In this document: positions 1 through 11,200 of the stretch, piece by piece
Numbering within the stretch: the stretch's first letter is position 1
Layout: each line of letters opens with the position of its first letter
IMG/VR virus record: IMGVR_UViG_3300006754_000009
Coordinates: 25,264 to 89,263 of that record
DNA from: a virus
Reading direction: 5' to 3' (one strand)
DNA: 64,000 nucleotides
Program-made: the position numbers and the translations under genes
Notes under the pieces: generated by a model
Told to the model about the DNA's origin: nothing
The model's database searches: none
Seen by the model: the letters and a program-made list of their open reading frames with translations, nothing else

Positions 1-276
1 AATGCGGGAACCACAAATATTTCAGCGGTGAAAGAAAAAAGAAAAGTGAAGTTCGCTACCAGAACTAAAATAACAATTATGAAAAATCATGTTAATGGAT
101 TAGGTTATGAAGACGGCAAAATACTTATTACACCACATGGTTTTATAGCTGGTAGAGAAGCTAGTGAAGAAAAGAAATCAATAGATAATTATAAACAAGA
201 AAACGCTACATTTTGGTCTGAGCAATTAGGCGTAGGTGGTGATTTCGACTTAAAAATAGAAAAAGAAAATGACTAA
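1..276 (+). CDS. C-terminal part of a RecA/UvsX-like recombinase (truncated by window start)
   Basis: Frame is open from base 1 (NAGTTNISAVKEKRKVKFATRTKITIMKNH). 'T.I.I.KNH' resembles the RecA 'TRVKVVKNK' strand, and the context is replication genes. Confidence 0.55.
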   Translation, partial: NAGTTNISAVKEKRKVKFATRTKITIMKNHVNGLGYEDGKILITPHGFIAGREASEEKKSIDNYKQENATFWSEQLGVGGDFDLKIEKEND

Positions 277-700
277 ATTAAAAACAGGAGATAAAGTAAA
301 AGTACATTATATCGGTAAACTTAAAGACGGCACAGAATTTGATAATTCTAGGACTAGAGAACCAATAGAATTTGCTATAGATGACGGTAACTTACTAAAA
401 GGATTTAACGACTCTGTAAAAGACTTAAGCGAGGGTACTAAAACAACAGTAGATATACCAGCCAAAGAAGCTTACGGTGAATACATTACAGAAGCAGTTA
501 TAGTTGTACAGAAAAATGAATTCCCAGAAGGAATGGACTTTCAACTAAAAGGTTTCGTACAAGGTAAAGACAATCAAGGAAGACCAGTACAAGGACAAAT
601 CATTAAAATAGATGAGGAATCCATAAATTTAGATATGAACCACCCATTAGCTGGAGAAGATTTAAATTTTGAAATAGAGTTAGTAGAAGTAGTAAAGTAA
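269..700 (+). CDS. FKBP-type peptidyl-prolyl cis-trans isomerase (SlyD/FkpB-like)
   Basis: GDKVKVHYIGKLKDGTEFDNS, IPAKEAYGE and LDMNHPLAGEDLNFEIELVEV are classic FKBP+IF domain motifs. Confidence 0.95.
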   Translation: MTKLKTGDKVKVHYIGKLKDGTEFDNSRTREPIEFAIDDGNLLKGFNDSVKDLSEGTKTTVDIPAKEAYGEYITEAVIVVQKNEFPEGMDFQLKGFVQGKDNQGRPVQGQIIKIDEESINLDMNHPLAGEDLNFEIELVEVVK

Positions 701-729
701 AAAAATGTTTAACCCAATAAACTCATTCT

Positions 730-1734
730 GTGACAAGAACACTAATAGTAGATGGTAATTCCTTACTAAATACAGGATTTCATGGTATAAAAAATATGTA
801 TAATGGTGAAGACCACATAGGTGGCCTATACCATTTTCTAAATACATTGAGAAAATTAATAGATGAATATCTAATAACTAAGATAGTAGTTTTTTGGGAT
901 GGTGAAAATAATACAGAGCCAAGAAAAAAATTATATCCTGAATATAAATTAAATAGGAAGAAAAAAAGTAGGAGTATAGAAGATATAGAATCCTACTCTA
1001 AACAAAAACTACGAACACAAGAGTACTTAGAGGAATTATATGTTAGACAAGCAACCTTTAAGTTTTGTGAAGCTGATGACTGTATATCCTACTATTGTGA
1101 AAAAGCAATTGAAGAAGAAAAAATAGTACTTACATCCGATAGAGATTTGTTACAATTAATCTCACCAACCACATCATTACATATTATTTCATTAAACCAA
1201 TTATTTAGATTTGAAGATAAAGTACCGTTAGACGGGATTTATATTCCACATCAAAATGTAAGGCTTGTAAAAACAATATGTGGTGATTCTTCGGATAATA
1301 TAAAAGGAATTAAAATGGTTGGTATAAAATCACTTATTAAAATAAAACCTGAAATAAGTGAAAAAAAAGTAGAGTTTGAACAATTAATTAATGAGATAAA
1401 AAATCGAAAAAAAATAAGTGTTAAAGAAAATAATATAATTAATGGAATAACACAACATAATAATATAGACAACCCACTCGAAATTAATTATCAGATAATA
1501 AAAACAGGAAAAAAATTCCTCACTAAAGAAGCTATAGAAGGGGTAAGAAGTTTATTAAAAGAATCCTTAGACCCACAAGGAAGGCATTGGAAAAATGCAT
1601 TAGACTTGATGATGTCAGATGGAATTCTTAATATTTTACCGAAAACAAATGATGGTTGGGTAGATTTCGTTAGACCATACCTACGATTAAGTAGAATAGA
1701 AAAAGATTTTTATAAAAAAACAAAAAAAAATTAA
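730..1734 (+). CDS. 5'-3' exonuclease / flap endonuclease (PolI N-terminal, T4 RNase H-like)
   Basis: LIVDGNSLL, VFWDG, YPEYKLNR, EADDCI, TSDRDLLQL and H3TH motif GDSSDNIKGIKMVGIK. GTG start. Confidence 0.92.
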   Translation: MTRTLIVDGNSLLNTGFHGIKNMYNGEDHIGGLYHFLNTLRKLIDEYLITKIVVFWDGENNTEPRKKLYPEYKLNRKKKSRSIEDIESYSKQKLRTQEYLEELYVRQATFKFCEADDCISYYCEKAIEEEKIVLTSDRDLLQLISPTTSLHIISLNQLFRFEDKVPLDGIYIPHQNVRLVKTICGDSSDNIKGIKMVGIKSLIKIKPEISEKKVEFEQLINEIKNRKKISVKENNIINGITQHNNIDNPLEINYQIIKTGKKFLTKEAIEGVRSLLKESLDPQGRHWKNALDLMMSDGILNILPKTNDGWVDFVRPYLRLSRIEKDFYKKTKKN

Positions 1735-1735
1735 T

Positions 1736-2176
1736 ATGAAGACAAAATTAGATAACACACAAAAATGTGAATTCCTATTAAAGTTAGAAGATAATATAGT
1801 ATGCCAAAGATTCTTTAGCGTAAGAAATTTTAATGAATTAACAACACATTCATTAGACCTACATTATTCAGTAACTTATATTGTAGAAGACATAATTCAC
1901 CAACTAAAACTTAAAACTTTATTTTTATTGGACAGTGATTACAAAGAAAATTCAACAGAATTAGAGCAAAAAGAAGAGCATTTCACGATAACAATTAAAA
2001 AAGGTAAGAATGTAATATACGTAAGAAACTTCCGTGCCGACCTCTACCCCCCAAAAGTTAGATATACCGTAGATATTAGACCACAAATATCTTCAATATT
2101 ACGTGAGTTAACTCAAACACTGTCGTCAAAAAAAGTTGCAACCAAATACCAAGATTATAGCTTACTTGTAAGTTAA
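1736..2176 (+). CDS. hypothetical phage protein
   Basis: 146-aa ORF tightly packed between exonuclease and helicase. Confidence 0.75.
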   Translation: MKTKLDNTQKCEFLLKLEDNIVCQRFFSVRNFNELTTHSLDLHYSVTYIVEDIIHQLKLKTLFLLDSDYKENSTELEQKEEHFTITIKKGKNVIYVRNFRADLYPPKVRYTVDIRPQISSILRELTQTLSSKKVATKYQDYSLLVS

Positions 2177-2181
2177 TAATG

Positions 2182-2188
2182 TATTTAT
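2182..2188 (+). promoter_or_regulatory. TATTTAT putative phage promoter (late-type)
   Basis: Recurrent intergenic motif, 25 nt before the helicase ATG. Confidence 0.55.
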
Positions 2189-2206
2189 TAATAAAGAAAT
2201 TTATAT

Positions 2207-3586
2207 ATGAGTGAGAGAAAAAATTTTGGATATTTAGGACATTCCTTCCAGTTAAAATTAATTAATTTAATAATAACAGATAATACCTTTTTTAATACTA
2301 TTATAGACGCAATACAATCAAAGTATTTCGACAACCAGTATTTTAGATTGATTATGCAATTGATTAAAGAATATTATGACAAATACCAAGTAGCACCATC
2401 ATTTGACGCGTTAGACCAACTAACTCGTATTGAAATATCTTCTGAGATGGCTCAAAAATACATTTTTGATATGTTAAAAGATATAAAAGACACTTCATTT
2501 GAAGACCATTTATTCATTAAAGAAAAGTCAGTAAAATTTTGTAAACAACAAGAATTGAAAAAAGCCATAAGAAAAGTAGAGAATATAATGGAAAAGGGTG
2601 ATTTTGAAAGTTATGATAAATGTGAAGAATATATTAGAGACGCTATTAAAATAGGAGATGGGGATACAGGTAGTTTTGAAATCTTTACGGAATTAGAGAA
2701 ATTATTAGAAGAGGATTACAGACACCCAGTACCAACAGGGGTAGACGGACTAGACAATATTTTAAATGGTGGACTAGCAAAGGGTGAGATTGGTGTTGTG
2801 TTAGCTCCTACAGGGGTAGGAAAAACAACAATGTTAACACGTTTTGCAAATACGGCGTTTAATATGGGTTATAATGTATTACAGATATTTTTTGAGGATA
2901 ACCCCAAAATAATACAAAGAAAACATTTTACTTGTTGGACTGGAATACCAAATGACGAACTAAGTAAACATAAAGAAACGGTTTTAGATAAAGCAGATGA
3001 AATGAAAAAAACTGGTGGCAAATTAATTTTAAAGAAATTACCGTCAGATGAAATGACAATGTTACAAATTAAAAACCAAATAAGAAAAATAATATCTGAA
3101 GGTACTAAGATAGATATTGTATTAATAGATTATATTGACTGTATATTATCTGGTCGTCAGTATGACGATGAATGGAAGGGGGAAGGTTCAGTAATGAGAA
3201 AATTTGAATCGATGTGTCACGAATTAAATCTAGCTGGTTGGACCGCGACACAAGGTAATAGGAGTTCAATATCCTCAGATGTGGTAACCACGGACCAAAT
3301 GGGTGGTTCCATCAAAAAAGCACAAGTGGGTCATGTAATTATATCAGTAGCTAAAACATTACAACAAAAAGAAATGGGACTAGCTACTATAGCGATAGTA
3401 AAATCTCGATTAGGTAAAGACGGAGTCATTTTTGAAAATTGTAAATTTGATAATGGGACCCTAGAGATAGATACAGAAACAACACAAACATTCTTAGGTT
3501 TCGAAGAAGAAAAAACTAATAGAAACAGAGAAAGAGTTGCCAGAGCTCTACACAGGAGACAACAAGTAATAAATAAAAATAATTAA
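2207..3586 (+). CDS. dnaB: DnaB-like replicative helicase (T4 gp41-like)
   Basis: Walker A LAPTGVGKTT, Walker B IVLIDYID, WTATQGNR, arginine finger VKSRLG. Confidence 0.93.
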   Translation: MSERKNFGYLGHSFQLKLINLIITDNTFFNTIIDAIQSKYFDNQYFRLIMQLIKEYYDKYQVAPSFDALDQLTRIEISSEMAQKYIFDMLKDIKDTSFEDHLFIKEKSVKFCKQQELKKAIRKVENIMEKGDFESYDKCEEYIRDAIKIGDGDTGSFEIFTELEKLLEEDYRHPVPTGVDGLDNILNGGLAKGEIGVVLAPTGVGKTTMLTRFANTAFNMGYNVLQIFFEDNPKIIQRKHFTCWTGIPNDELSKHKETVLDKADEMKKTGGKLILKKLPSDEMTMLQIKNQIRKIISEGTKIDIVLIDYIDCILSGRQYDDEWKGEGSVMRKFESMCHELNLAGWTATQGNRSSISSDVVTTDQMGGSIKKAQVGHVIISVAKTLQQKEMGLATIAIVKSRLGKDGVIFENCKFDNGTLEIDTETTQTFLGFEEEKTNRNRERVARALHRRQQVINKNN

Positions 3587-3599
3587 TAAAAAATAAAAT

Positions 3600-5525
3600 A
3601 TGGAAGTATCAAATAAGATTCTATCGGATATTACTGTCTACATGAAGTACGCAAAATATATTCCACAATTCAATAGAAGAGAGACATGGGAAGAACTAGT
3701 AACAAGGAATAAAAACATGCATATAAAAAAGTATCCCACACTAAAAGAAGAAATAGAAGAGAAATACCAATTTGTTTATGAGAAGAAAGTATTACCATCA
3801 ATGAGAAGTACGCAGTTCGGAGGTAAACCAATTGAAATTTCACCCAATAGAATTTATAATTGTGCGTACCTACCTATAGACCACATTGACTCCTTTAGTG
3901 AAACCATGTTCTTATTATTAGGTGGAACCGGTGTCGGCTATTCAGTTCAAAAACATCATGTAGAGAAATTACCAGCAATACAACACCCATACCCAAAAAG
4001 AAAGAAAAGATTTTTAATTGGAGACTCGATTGAAGGTTGGGCGGACTCCATTAAAGTTTTAATGAAATCATATATGAATGGTGGTGGAAGCAGAGTAGAG
4101 TTTGATTATTCAGATATTAGACCAAAAGGAGCAAGACTAATTACTTCAGGAGGAAAAGCACCAGGACCACGACCATTAAAAGAATGTTTAGTTAAAATTG
4201 AAGGAATATTATCTGAGAAAGAAAATGGAGACCATCTAACAACTTTAGAAGTGCACGATATTATCTGTTATATTGCAGATGCAGTTCTAGCGGGAGGCAT
4301 TAGAAGAGCGGCTCTAATTAGTTTATTTAGTGCAGATGACAATGAAATGATTGGTTGTAAATCTGGTAAGTGGTACGAGAAAAACCCACAAAGAGGTAGA
4401 GCAAATAATTCTGCTTGCCTTATGAGACATAAAATTACTAAAGACTTTTTTATGGATATATGGAAAAGAGTTGAGCTATCTGGTGCTGGTGAACCCGGAA
4501 TTTATCTAAATAATGATAAAGATTGGGGAACAAATCCTTGTTGTGAAATAGCTTTAAGACCCTATCAATTCTGTAACCTTTGTGAGGTAAATGTAAGTAA
4601 TATAGACTCACAAGACGACTTAAATGAAAGAGTAAAAGCAGCAGCGTTTATTGGGACACTTCAAGCGGGGTACACCTCCTTCCATTATCTTAGAGAAATA
4701 TGGCAAGAAACTACGGAAAAAGACGCGTTAATAGGTGTATCAATGACAGGTATTGGTTCTGGTAAAGTATTAAAATATGATATGAAAAAAGCCGCAAGTT
4801 TAGTTAAACGTGAAAATACCAGAGTATCTAAATTATTAGAAATAAATCAAGCAGCAAGATGTACTACAGTTAAGCCTGCAGGAACTACATCATTAACATT
4901 AGGAACATCATCAGGTATTCATGCATGGCATAACGATTATTATATTAGAAGAATTAGAGTGGGTAAGAATGAAGCAATATATCACTATCTCATGACTAAT
5001 CATCCGGAATTACTAGAAGACGATTACTTTAGACCACATGATACAGCGGTAATTAGTATACCCCAAAAAGCACCAAAAGGTTCTATCATGAGAACGGAAT
5101 CCCCATTTCAACTACTAGAAAGAGTTAAAAAGGTTGCGAGTGAATGGGTTAGAAGTGGACACAGAAAAGGTTCAAACTCACACAACGTTTCAGCTACAAT
5201 TAGTTTAAAAGAAGATGAATGGGATAAAGCTGGAGAATGGATGTGGGAAAATAGAAAACATTATAATGGACTTTCAGTATTACCTTATGACGGTGGTACA
5301 TATACACAAGCCCCATTTGAGGACTCCACTAAAGAGGTTTACAATGAGATGATGAAAACTTTAAGTGAGATAGACTTGTCTAAGGTGGTGGAATTAGAAG
5401 ATAACACAGATTTATCCGGTGAATTAGCATGTGCGGGTGGTGTATGTGAAATTGATGTTGACTTAAAAACCCTAAACGGTAATGGAGTTACTAAAGAAAA
5501 AGAAGTAAGTGAAACACAAATTTAG
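3600..5525 (+). CDS. nrdJ: class II (adenosylcobalamin-dependent) ribonucleotide reductase, monomeric RTPR type
   Basis: RIYNCAY, GGTGVGYS, GGIRRAALI, TNPCCEI, FCNLCEV, TTVKPAGTTS and C-terminal redox pair CAGGVC. Confidence 0.93.
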   Translation: MEVSNKILSDITVYMKYAKYIPQFNRRETWEELVTRNKNMHIKKYPTLKEEIEEKYQFVYEKKVLPSMRSTQFGGKPIEISPNRIYNCAYLPIDHIDSFSETMFLLLGGTGVGYSVQKHHVEKLPAIQHPYPKRKKRFLIGDSIEGWADSIKVLMKSYMNGGGSRVEFDYSDIRPKGARLITSGGKAPGPRPLKECLVKIEGILSEKENGDHLTTLEVHDIICYIADAVLAGGIRRAALISLFSADDNEMIGCKSGKWYEKNPQRGRANNSACLMRHKITKDFFMDIWKRVELSGAGEPGIYLNNDKDWGTNPCCEIALRPYQFCNLCEVNVSNIDSQDDLNERVKAAAFIGTLQAGYTSFHYLREIWQETTEKDALIGVSMTGIGSGKVLKYDMKKAASLVKRENTRVSKLLEINQAARCTTVKPAGTTSLTLGTSSGIHAWHNDYYIRRIRVGKNEAIYHYLMTNHPELLEDDYFRPHDTAVISIPQKAPKGSIMRTESPFQLLERVKKVASEWVRSGHRKGSNSHNVSATISLKEDEWDKAGEWMWENRKHYNGLSVLPYDGGTYTQAPFEDSTKEVYNEMMKTLSEIDLSKVVELEDNTDLSGELACAGGVCEIDVDLKTLNGNGVTKEKEVSETQI

Positions 5526-5703
5526 TCAAGAAGTACTATACCACTTTAATTGTGGTAATTGTAAGAAATGGTGGTCAGTTGCTGACTACCATTTGTTTTC
5601 TAATAATGTACCAAAAAGTGAACAAATGGTACCTAAGTTAATAATATGTCCTCATTGTGGACATAAAGAGGAATCAATAGAAGTAAAAAATGAAAAAAAA
5701 TAA
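5509..5703 (+). CDS. small zinc-ribbon protein
   Basis: CGNC...CPHC; GTG start overlapping the nrdJ end. Confidence 0.6.
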   Translation: MKHKFSQEVLYHFNCGNCKKWWSVADYHLFSNNVPKSEQMVPKLIICPHCGHKEESIEVKNEKK

Positions 5704-5842
5704 AGATTGGATTGAAGAACTATTTCTTAAAGAATTTATTTTAAAGAATAATAAAGAGAAAAGTAAATCCGAAAATAGAAAACAAAGTAATCTTAGAAGT
5801 ATTTATTATAAAAAAGAATGCCCAATCAAAAATACGGTATAA
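5690..5842 (+). CDS. small hypothetical protein, 50 aa (below ORF-track cutoff)
   Basis: Read by hand: MKKNKDWIEELFLKEFILKNNKEKSKSENRK...NTV*. Fills the gap before gp25. Confidence 0.4.
   Translation: MKKNKDWIEELFLKEFILKNNKEKSKSENRKQSNLRSIYYKKECPIKNTV
5800..5806 (+). promoter_or_regulatory. TATTTAT putative late promoter of the baseplate operon
   Basis: 18 nt before the gp25 ATG, at the replication-to-structural transition. Confidence 0.6.
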
Positions 5843-6279
5843 CGTTCCCATTTAAAGATAGTCCAGAAGGATTTTTCTTAAAATTAAGTAATACTACTGA
5901 CGAAGAAGTAAGGTCGAGCTTAATCCACTTAATACTTACAGTCAAAGGGTCACGATATTTCTTACCGGATTTTGGCACAAACTTAATGAAGTTTATATTT
6001 GAACCACTAGATAACACAACTAAATTAAGTATTAATAATGAAATTAGGGATACTGTAGAGAAGTTCATGCCTAATTTAATAATTAATGATATAGAAGTTA
6101 AATCAGCGGAAGATATAAGATTAGAGCAGGAAAGTGACCCAAATTCCGAAGATATAAACAACAATAGTTTTGGTTTTGTGGGTGAAGACGAAAGAGAATA
6201 CGCCTTACGGGTTAGAATTGATTATACCGCAGGGGACGGCTTTTTTGAAACTAAAGATTTTGTTATAATAAATTTATAA
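5818..6279 (+). CDS. baseplate wedge subunit, gp25/GPW family
   Basis: GITFPF, LIHLILTVKGSRYFLPDFGTNLMKFIFEP, FMPNLII. Confidence 0.92.
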   Translation: MPNQKYGITFPFKDSPEGFFLKLSNTTDEEVRSSLIHLILTVKGSRYFLPDFGTNLMKFIFEPLDNTTKLSINNEIRDTVEKFMPNLIINDIEVKSAEDIRLEQESDPNSEDINNNSFGFVGEDEREYALRVRIDYTAGDGFFETKDFVIINL

Positions 6280-6280
6280 A

Positions 6281-8122
6281 ATGGCAGAAAAAAAGATAGC
6301 ATATACAGAAAGAGATTTTCTAGGTATTAGAAATGAATTATTAAGATTAACTAACACCTACTACCCTGATTTAATTAGAAACGCGAATGACGCATCCATA
6401 TACTCTGTGTTTTTAGATTTAAACGCAGCAGTAGCAGACAACCTAAACTTCCAAATAGACAGAACATTCCAGGAAACAGTATTAGATTTTGCACAAGAAA
6501 GAAGTTCTCTTTATAATTTAGCTAAAACTTATGGTTTAAAAATACCAGGAAACAGACCATCACTAACAATGGTGGATATTTCTATCATAGTTCCAGCATT
6601 AGGAGATAAAGAAGATTTTAAGTACTTAGGTAACCTAAGAAGAGGAGCTCAATTTAGAGGTGGGGGTCAGGTATTTGAAACAGTAAATGATTGTGATTTC
6701 TCAACTCAATATAATAACGAAGGTATTGTTAATAGAACTAAACAACCAAATAGAGATATTAACGGAATAATACAAAACTACACAATGACCAAAAGAGAAG
6801 TGGTAGTTAATGGTGTTACTAAAATCTTTAAGAAAGAAATTACCGACTCATTAGTTAGTCCTTTTTATGAGTTATTTTTACCTGAAAAAAATGTAGTGGG
6901 AGTTACTGGAGTAATCCAAAAACCAGGACTTGGATACCAAACATTACCAACAAACGTAGAATTTTTAGACAGAACAACTGATAAGTGGTATGAAGTACAG
7001 GCGTTAGCACAAGATGAGGTATTTGTAGAAGACCCATCATCACCACCAGATGAAATAGGGATAAAAGTAGGGAAATATATAGAAGTTGACCAAAGATTCA
7101 CAACACAATATACACCACAAGGATATTTTCATTTAACATTTGGGGGTGGAAATCAGACATCACAAGATTTATTAGACGATTTTGCAAAAAAAGGCACACC
7201 ATTAAACATGGCTCAATACATGAATAATATTTCATTAGGAAAAATGGTACAAGGTAATAGTACTATTTTTGTCCAATACAGAATAGGTGGGGGTAAATCC
7301 TCTAATCTAGGAGCTGGAGCTATAAGAAATGTCGGAACCAATAACTTTGTAGTAGCAGGACCCAACTCTCAAGTAAATCAATCTGTTATCGATAGTTTAG
7401 CAGTAACCAACGTTACTGCCGCTATAGGTGGAGCAAACCCAATGTCAGTAGAAGAAATTAGAAATTATATATCTTTTAATTTTGCAGCACAAAACAGAGC
7501 AGTATCTATTAATGATTACGTAGCTAAATTACGAATGATGCCTAGTACATTTGGTGCACCAGCGAAAGTAGGTGTAACAGAAGTAGAAAATAAAGTTAGA
7601 TTAAATATATTGTCTTATACACCAGAAGGTAAATTAACCTCAGAAATAACATCTACACTAAAAAATAATATAGCGACTTATTTGTCTAATTATAGAATGA
7701 TGAACGATTATATAGTCGTAGGTCCAGCTAAAGTAATAGATATTTCTTTTATGTTAGATTTAACAATAGAGAGTTCATATAATTCAGGAGCTATAGTTAG
7801 TAATGTCATAGAAAAAGTAAGCGATTATTTTAGTATAAATAAAATAGAAATGGGCCAAGACCTATCATTAGGTGAATTAAGAAGTCAGATAATGAATCAA
7901 CCAGGAGTTGTAAATATAGTTGATGTAAAAGTTTACAATAAGGTAGGGGATACCTATTCCCAGTCAGTTACATCACAACCTTATGTAAGCCAAGGAACCA
8001 GAGAGATAGGGTTAATTAATGACACTATATATGCACAACCAGACGAAATTTTGCAAGTAAGATATCCTGAAAAAGATATAGCTATAAGAATACGCAAACC
8101 TCACAAACCAAACTTCACCTAA
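6281..8122 (+). CDS. baseplate wedge subunit, T4 gp6 / baseplate J-like
   Basis: YTERDFLGIRNEL, AQERSSLYNLAKTYG, YRIGGGKSSN, GGANPMSVEEIR, AQNRAVSINDY. Confidence 0.88.
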   Translation: MAEKKIAYTERDFLGIRNELLRLTNTYYPDLIRNANDASIYSVFLDLNAAVADNLNFQIDRTFQETVLDFAQERSSLYNLAKTYGLKIPGNRPSLTMVDISIIVPALGDKEDFKYLGNLRRGAQFRGGGQVFETVNDCDFSTQYNNEGIVNRTKQPNRDINGIIQNYTMTKREVVVNGVTKIFKKEITDSLVSPFYELFLPEKNVVGVTGVIQKPGLGYQTLPTNVEFLDRTTDKWYEVQALAQDEVFVEDPSSPPDEIGIKVGKYIEVDQRFTTQYTPQGYFHLTFGGGNQTSQDLLDDFAKKGTPLNMAQYMNNISLGKMVQGNSTIFVQYRIGGGKSSNLGAGAIRNVGTNNFVVAGPNSQVNQSVIDSLAVTNVTAAIGGANPMSVEEIRNYISFNFAAQNRAVSINDYVAKLRMMPSTFGAPAKVGVTEVENKVRLNILSYTPEGKLTSEITSTLKNNIATYLSNYRMMNDYIVVGPAKVIDISFMLDLTIESSYNSGAIVSNVIEKVSDYFSINKIEMGQDLSLGELRSQIMNQPGVVNIVDVKVYNKVGDTYSQSVTSQPYVSQGTREIGLINDTIYAQPDEILQVRYPEKDIAIRIRKPHKPNFT

Positions 8123-8170
8123 ACTTTACTATAATCCTTAACTAATTACTTTTACTTTTAAGGGGGGAAC

Positions 8171-8177
8171 TATTTAT
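8171..8177 (+). promoter_or_regulatory. TATTTAT putative late promoter
   Basis: In a ~100-nt intergenic gap upstream of the 8225 gene. Confidence 0.5.
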
Positions 8178-8224
8178 TTTTATAAGTACTATAAACCTTT
8201 TTAAATAAAATTTTTTAATCATAT

Positions 8225-11200
8225 ATGGCAAAATCTTTTAGAGTAAGAACAGAAGTAGGGAGGGATAAAAATGTAACTTTTGAATTAAATCAAGATTTTG
8301 ATTTATTAGAAATATTAAGTTTATCTCTTACACAACAAGAAATCTACACACGTATGTGTTCTGATTTTGGTGTGGTATGCGGTAGAGTTGTAGCTAATAA
8401 TGGTTTTGGTATTCCAAACGCTAAAGTATCCATATTCATCCCACTAGAGACCGAAGACGAAAAAAATGAGGTTGTAAGGTTTTTATACCCATATAAAGAA
8501 CCGTATGAAAAAAATGAAGACGGAAAAAGATACAACCTATTAAGTACGGAACCAAATTTTGATTGTCATGTTGCGGTAGGGACATTCCCCACACTTAAGT
8601 CGGTACTAACTCAACAAGAAGTTAAATACGTCTACGAAAAATATTATAAATTCACAGCTAAATCAAACGAGTCTGGAGACTTTATGATTTACGGGGTACC
8701 AACAGGTCCCCAACAAATAGTAATGGACGTAGATTTAAGTGATATCGGATGTTTTTCGATGCTTCCAGAAGACTTCAAACAAAAAGGAGCTCCACCATCT
8801 CAATTTGACGGACCTCGATTTAAAGATGACCCTGAGTTAGATTCTTTACCCCAAATTATAAATCAAACCAAAGTAGTTGATATAAGACCATTTTGGGGTG
8901 ATGAGGAGACATGTAGAGCTGCAATAACTAGAATAGATTTTGACCTAGGTAATTCTGGATTTAAATTAGAACCTACATCTGTGTTTATGGGTAGTACCGC
9001 TCAAGATACTGACAAAGATTCAGTAAACAAACAATGTAGACCTAAAAAACATATGGGTGAACTATGTAGTCTAATAACCACACCTGGGATTATAGATTGT
9101 ATCCGATATACACCATTTTTAAAAGATGACGACACAGCTTTTCCTACTTATAATGGTGTTACGTATAGTGGGCCACCACTTGGGGGTAAAGTTCCTGTAC
9201 TACAAAGACTTTATTTAGATAATGGTGGTAGGGTAATAGATGAAACTGGTTCATTTTTAGTACATATACCTATGAATTTAGACCATGTTACCACAGATGA
9301 ATTTGGTAAAATGATTTTATCTAACGACCCATCTAAGGGGGTTCCTACACGAGCCAGATGTAGATTTAGGGTTAGACCTGAACAAAGTAGAGGTACTGCA
9401 CGACAAAGACGGTCAGCAGCCTATCTAGTACCTAATCTAAGAGAATATACCACTCAAAACAATGACGACGGTGATTGGCCAGGAATTGACCCTAGAAGTT
9501 ATTGTTTCTCAACAGAATATAGTGATTATCATGGTTATGCACAAAGACATTTAATGCCTGGTGCTGAAGATGAATTTTATGATATGACCTTTAATAGAGT
9601 ATATACATGTGCTCAATTCCATGACCATGTTAAACACGCAGGAAGAAGGCAGTTTATCGGGATAAAAGAAATTTTACCAGAAATGGACCAACAATGTTCA
9701 ACATCCGCAATGTTTTTCCCCGTTAATAGTGCTGTGAGAAATGCAAAATTTATGATTTTCTTCATGAATTTTATATATGATTTTTTAGGTTTAATCTACA
9801 TGGTTATAAATTTAATTATTAGTTTATTAGCCGCTATATTAGGTTTAGTATTAGGGATTGTTTTATTTATAATTTGGGCCGTATGCATGTTGTGGTGTGC
9901 AATTTATGGTATTGTAATACAATTTTCTTTAGGATGGCCTTTTAATACTACATGGGTTTTATTTAGGATGTCATGGTTTCTTTCCTCACCACCCAACATA
10001 TGTGGACAAATAAATTTAACTGGATTTGGGTGCGGTATACAGTGTGAATATTTTGGTTTAACTATTGGGTTTGTTTTATTTCAGTTACGACAAACCAAAT
10101 ATCCAGATTGTGAAAAGTGTAGTTGTAGACCTTCAGCGAGTGATGAATTCATAGCCCTAGCTGACATTGCACCGTGTCCAGACGCGGTTCCAGAGGAACC
10201 AGAACCAGGGCAAAATTCTCCATGTCCTGTAGGTAACGCAACATTTAATAACTCAATGGGTATAGAAATGAAATGGAGTCATGACTGTTGTGGAACAGGA
10301 GACTATCTAACCTCACCTGAGACTGTCCAAGATACTGATACTATTTGTTGTCATAATTCTTATGGTTATAATTCTGAACTATATTCTCCTAGCCATGAGT
10401 CTGACGGTTTTGCTGCTGGAGGATGTTATGTAAAAATAGTGTGCTTTAACATTGCGTGTATTGGGTATAATTTAGATATGACAGTTCTATACGAATGGAT
10501 GAAAAGAGAGAAAGTAGCCAGTGCTTTATGTAATGGTATATTAAACTATTTCTGGGAAAATAGTTGGGTAAGTGGATTCTTATATCAGTTCCAGTTCAGA
10601 GCAAAATTGCAATTGACTGTTAATGGGTATACGGATTGGAGAGGAGAGACCCACGACACCTATATTACCGACTCAGATTTTTGTAGAAAAGTGGTGTACT
10701 TACATCCAGTAGATAATACATTTTATTATAGGTCAACACCATTCCAAGTCCAAAGTGCAGCAAAGGACGGACAATTCATCGGTGATACAGACGGAGTAAT
10801 GTCATTATGGTTTGCAGGAGGAAATCAAAGTGATGACTTACATGCATCCGGAGACATGGACCGACACATATATTTCCCAACAACCATGACGGATATGGGT
10901 TCTAGAAATCAGTGTATACAACAAATATGTTTAGACCCAAATTTTGCTGAAGAATGTTCAGTAACAGACCAAATAGGGAGTACTACATTCCAAGACATTA
11001 CAGATTTAGTTTCTGACACTTATAATCTTAAGTTATATGCTTTTAATTATACTTTATCTAGTATATTTGCTAGACCAGAAAAAGAAATTGGGGGTGATGT
11101 AGCACAAGCACTTATGCAAAATTGTATGTTAGGGGTATTTGGGTATGAATCCAATATGAGTAGTACGATTTGTGACTGTACTGACCCAACACAAAATACA

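Noticed and set aside
2207-5525. Inteins or introns in helicase and RNR
   Set aside because: Both have normal lengths and continuous motifs; no intein-like C...HN segments were seen.
8123-8224. Structured ncRNA or terminator in the ~100-nt intergenic gap (CCTTAA...TTAAGG)
   Set aside because: Only a 6-bp AT-rich stem with a long loop; insufficient support.
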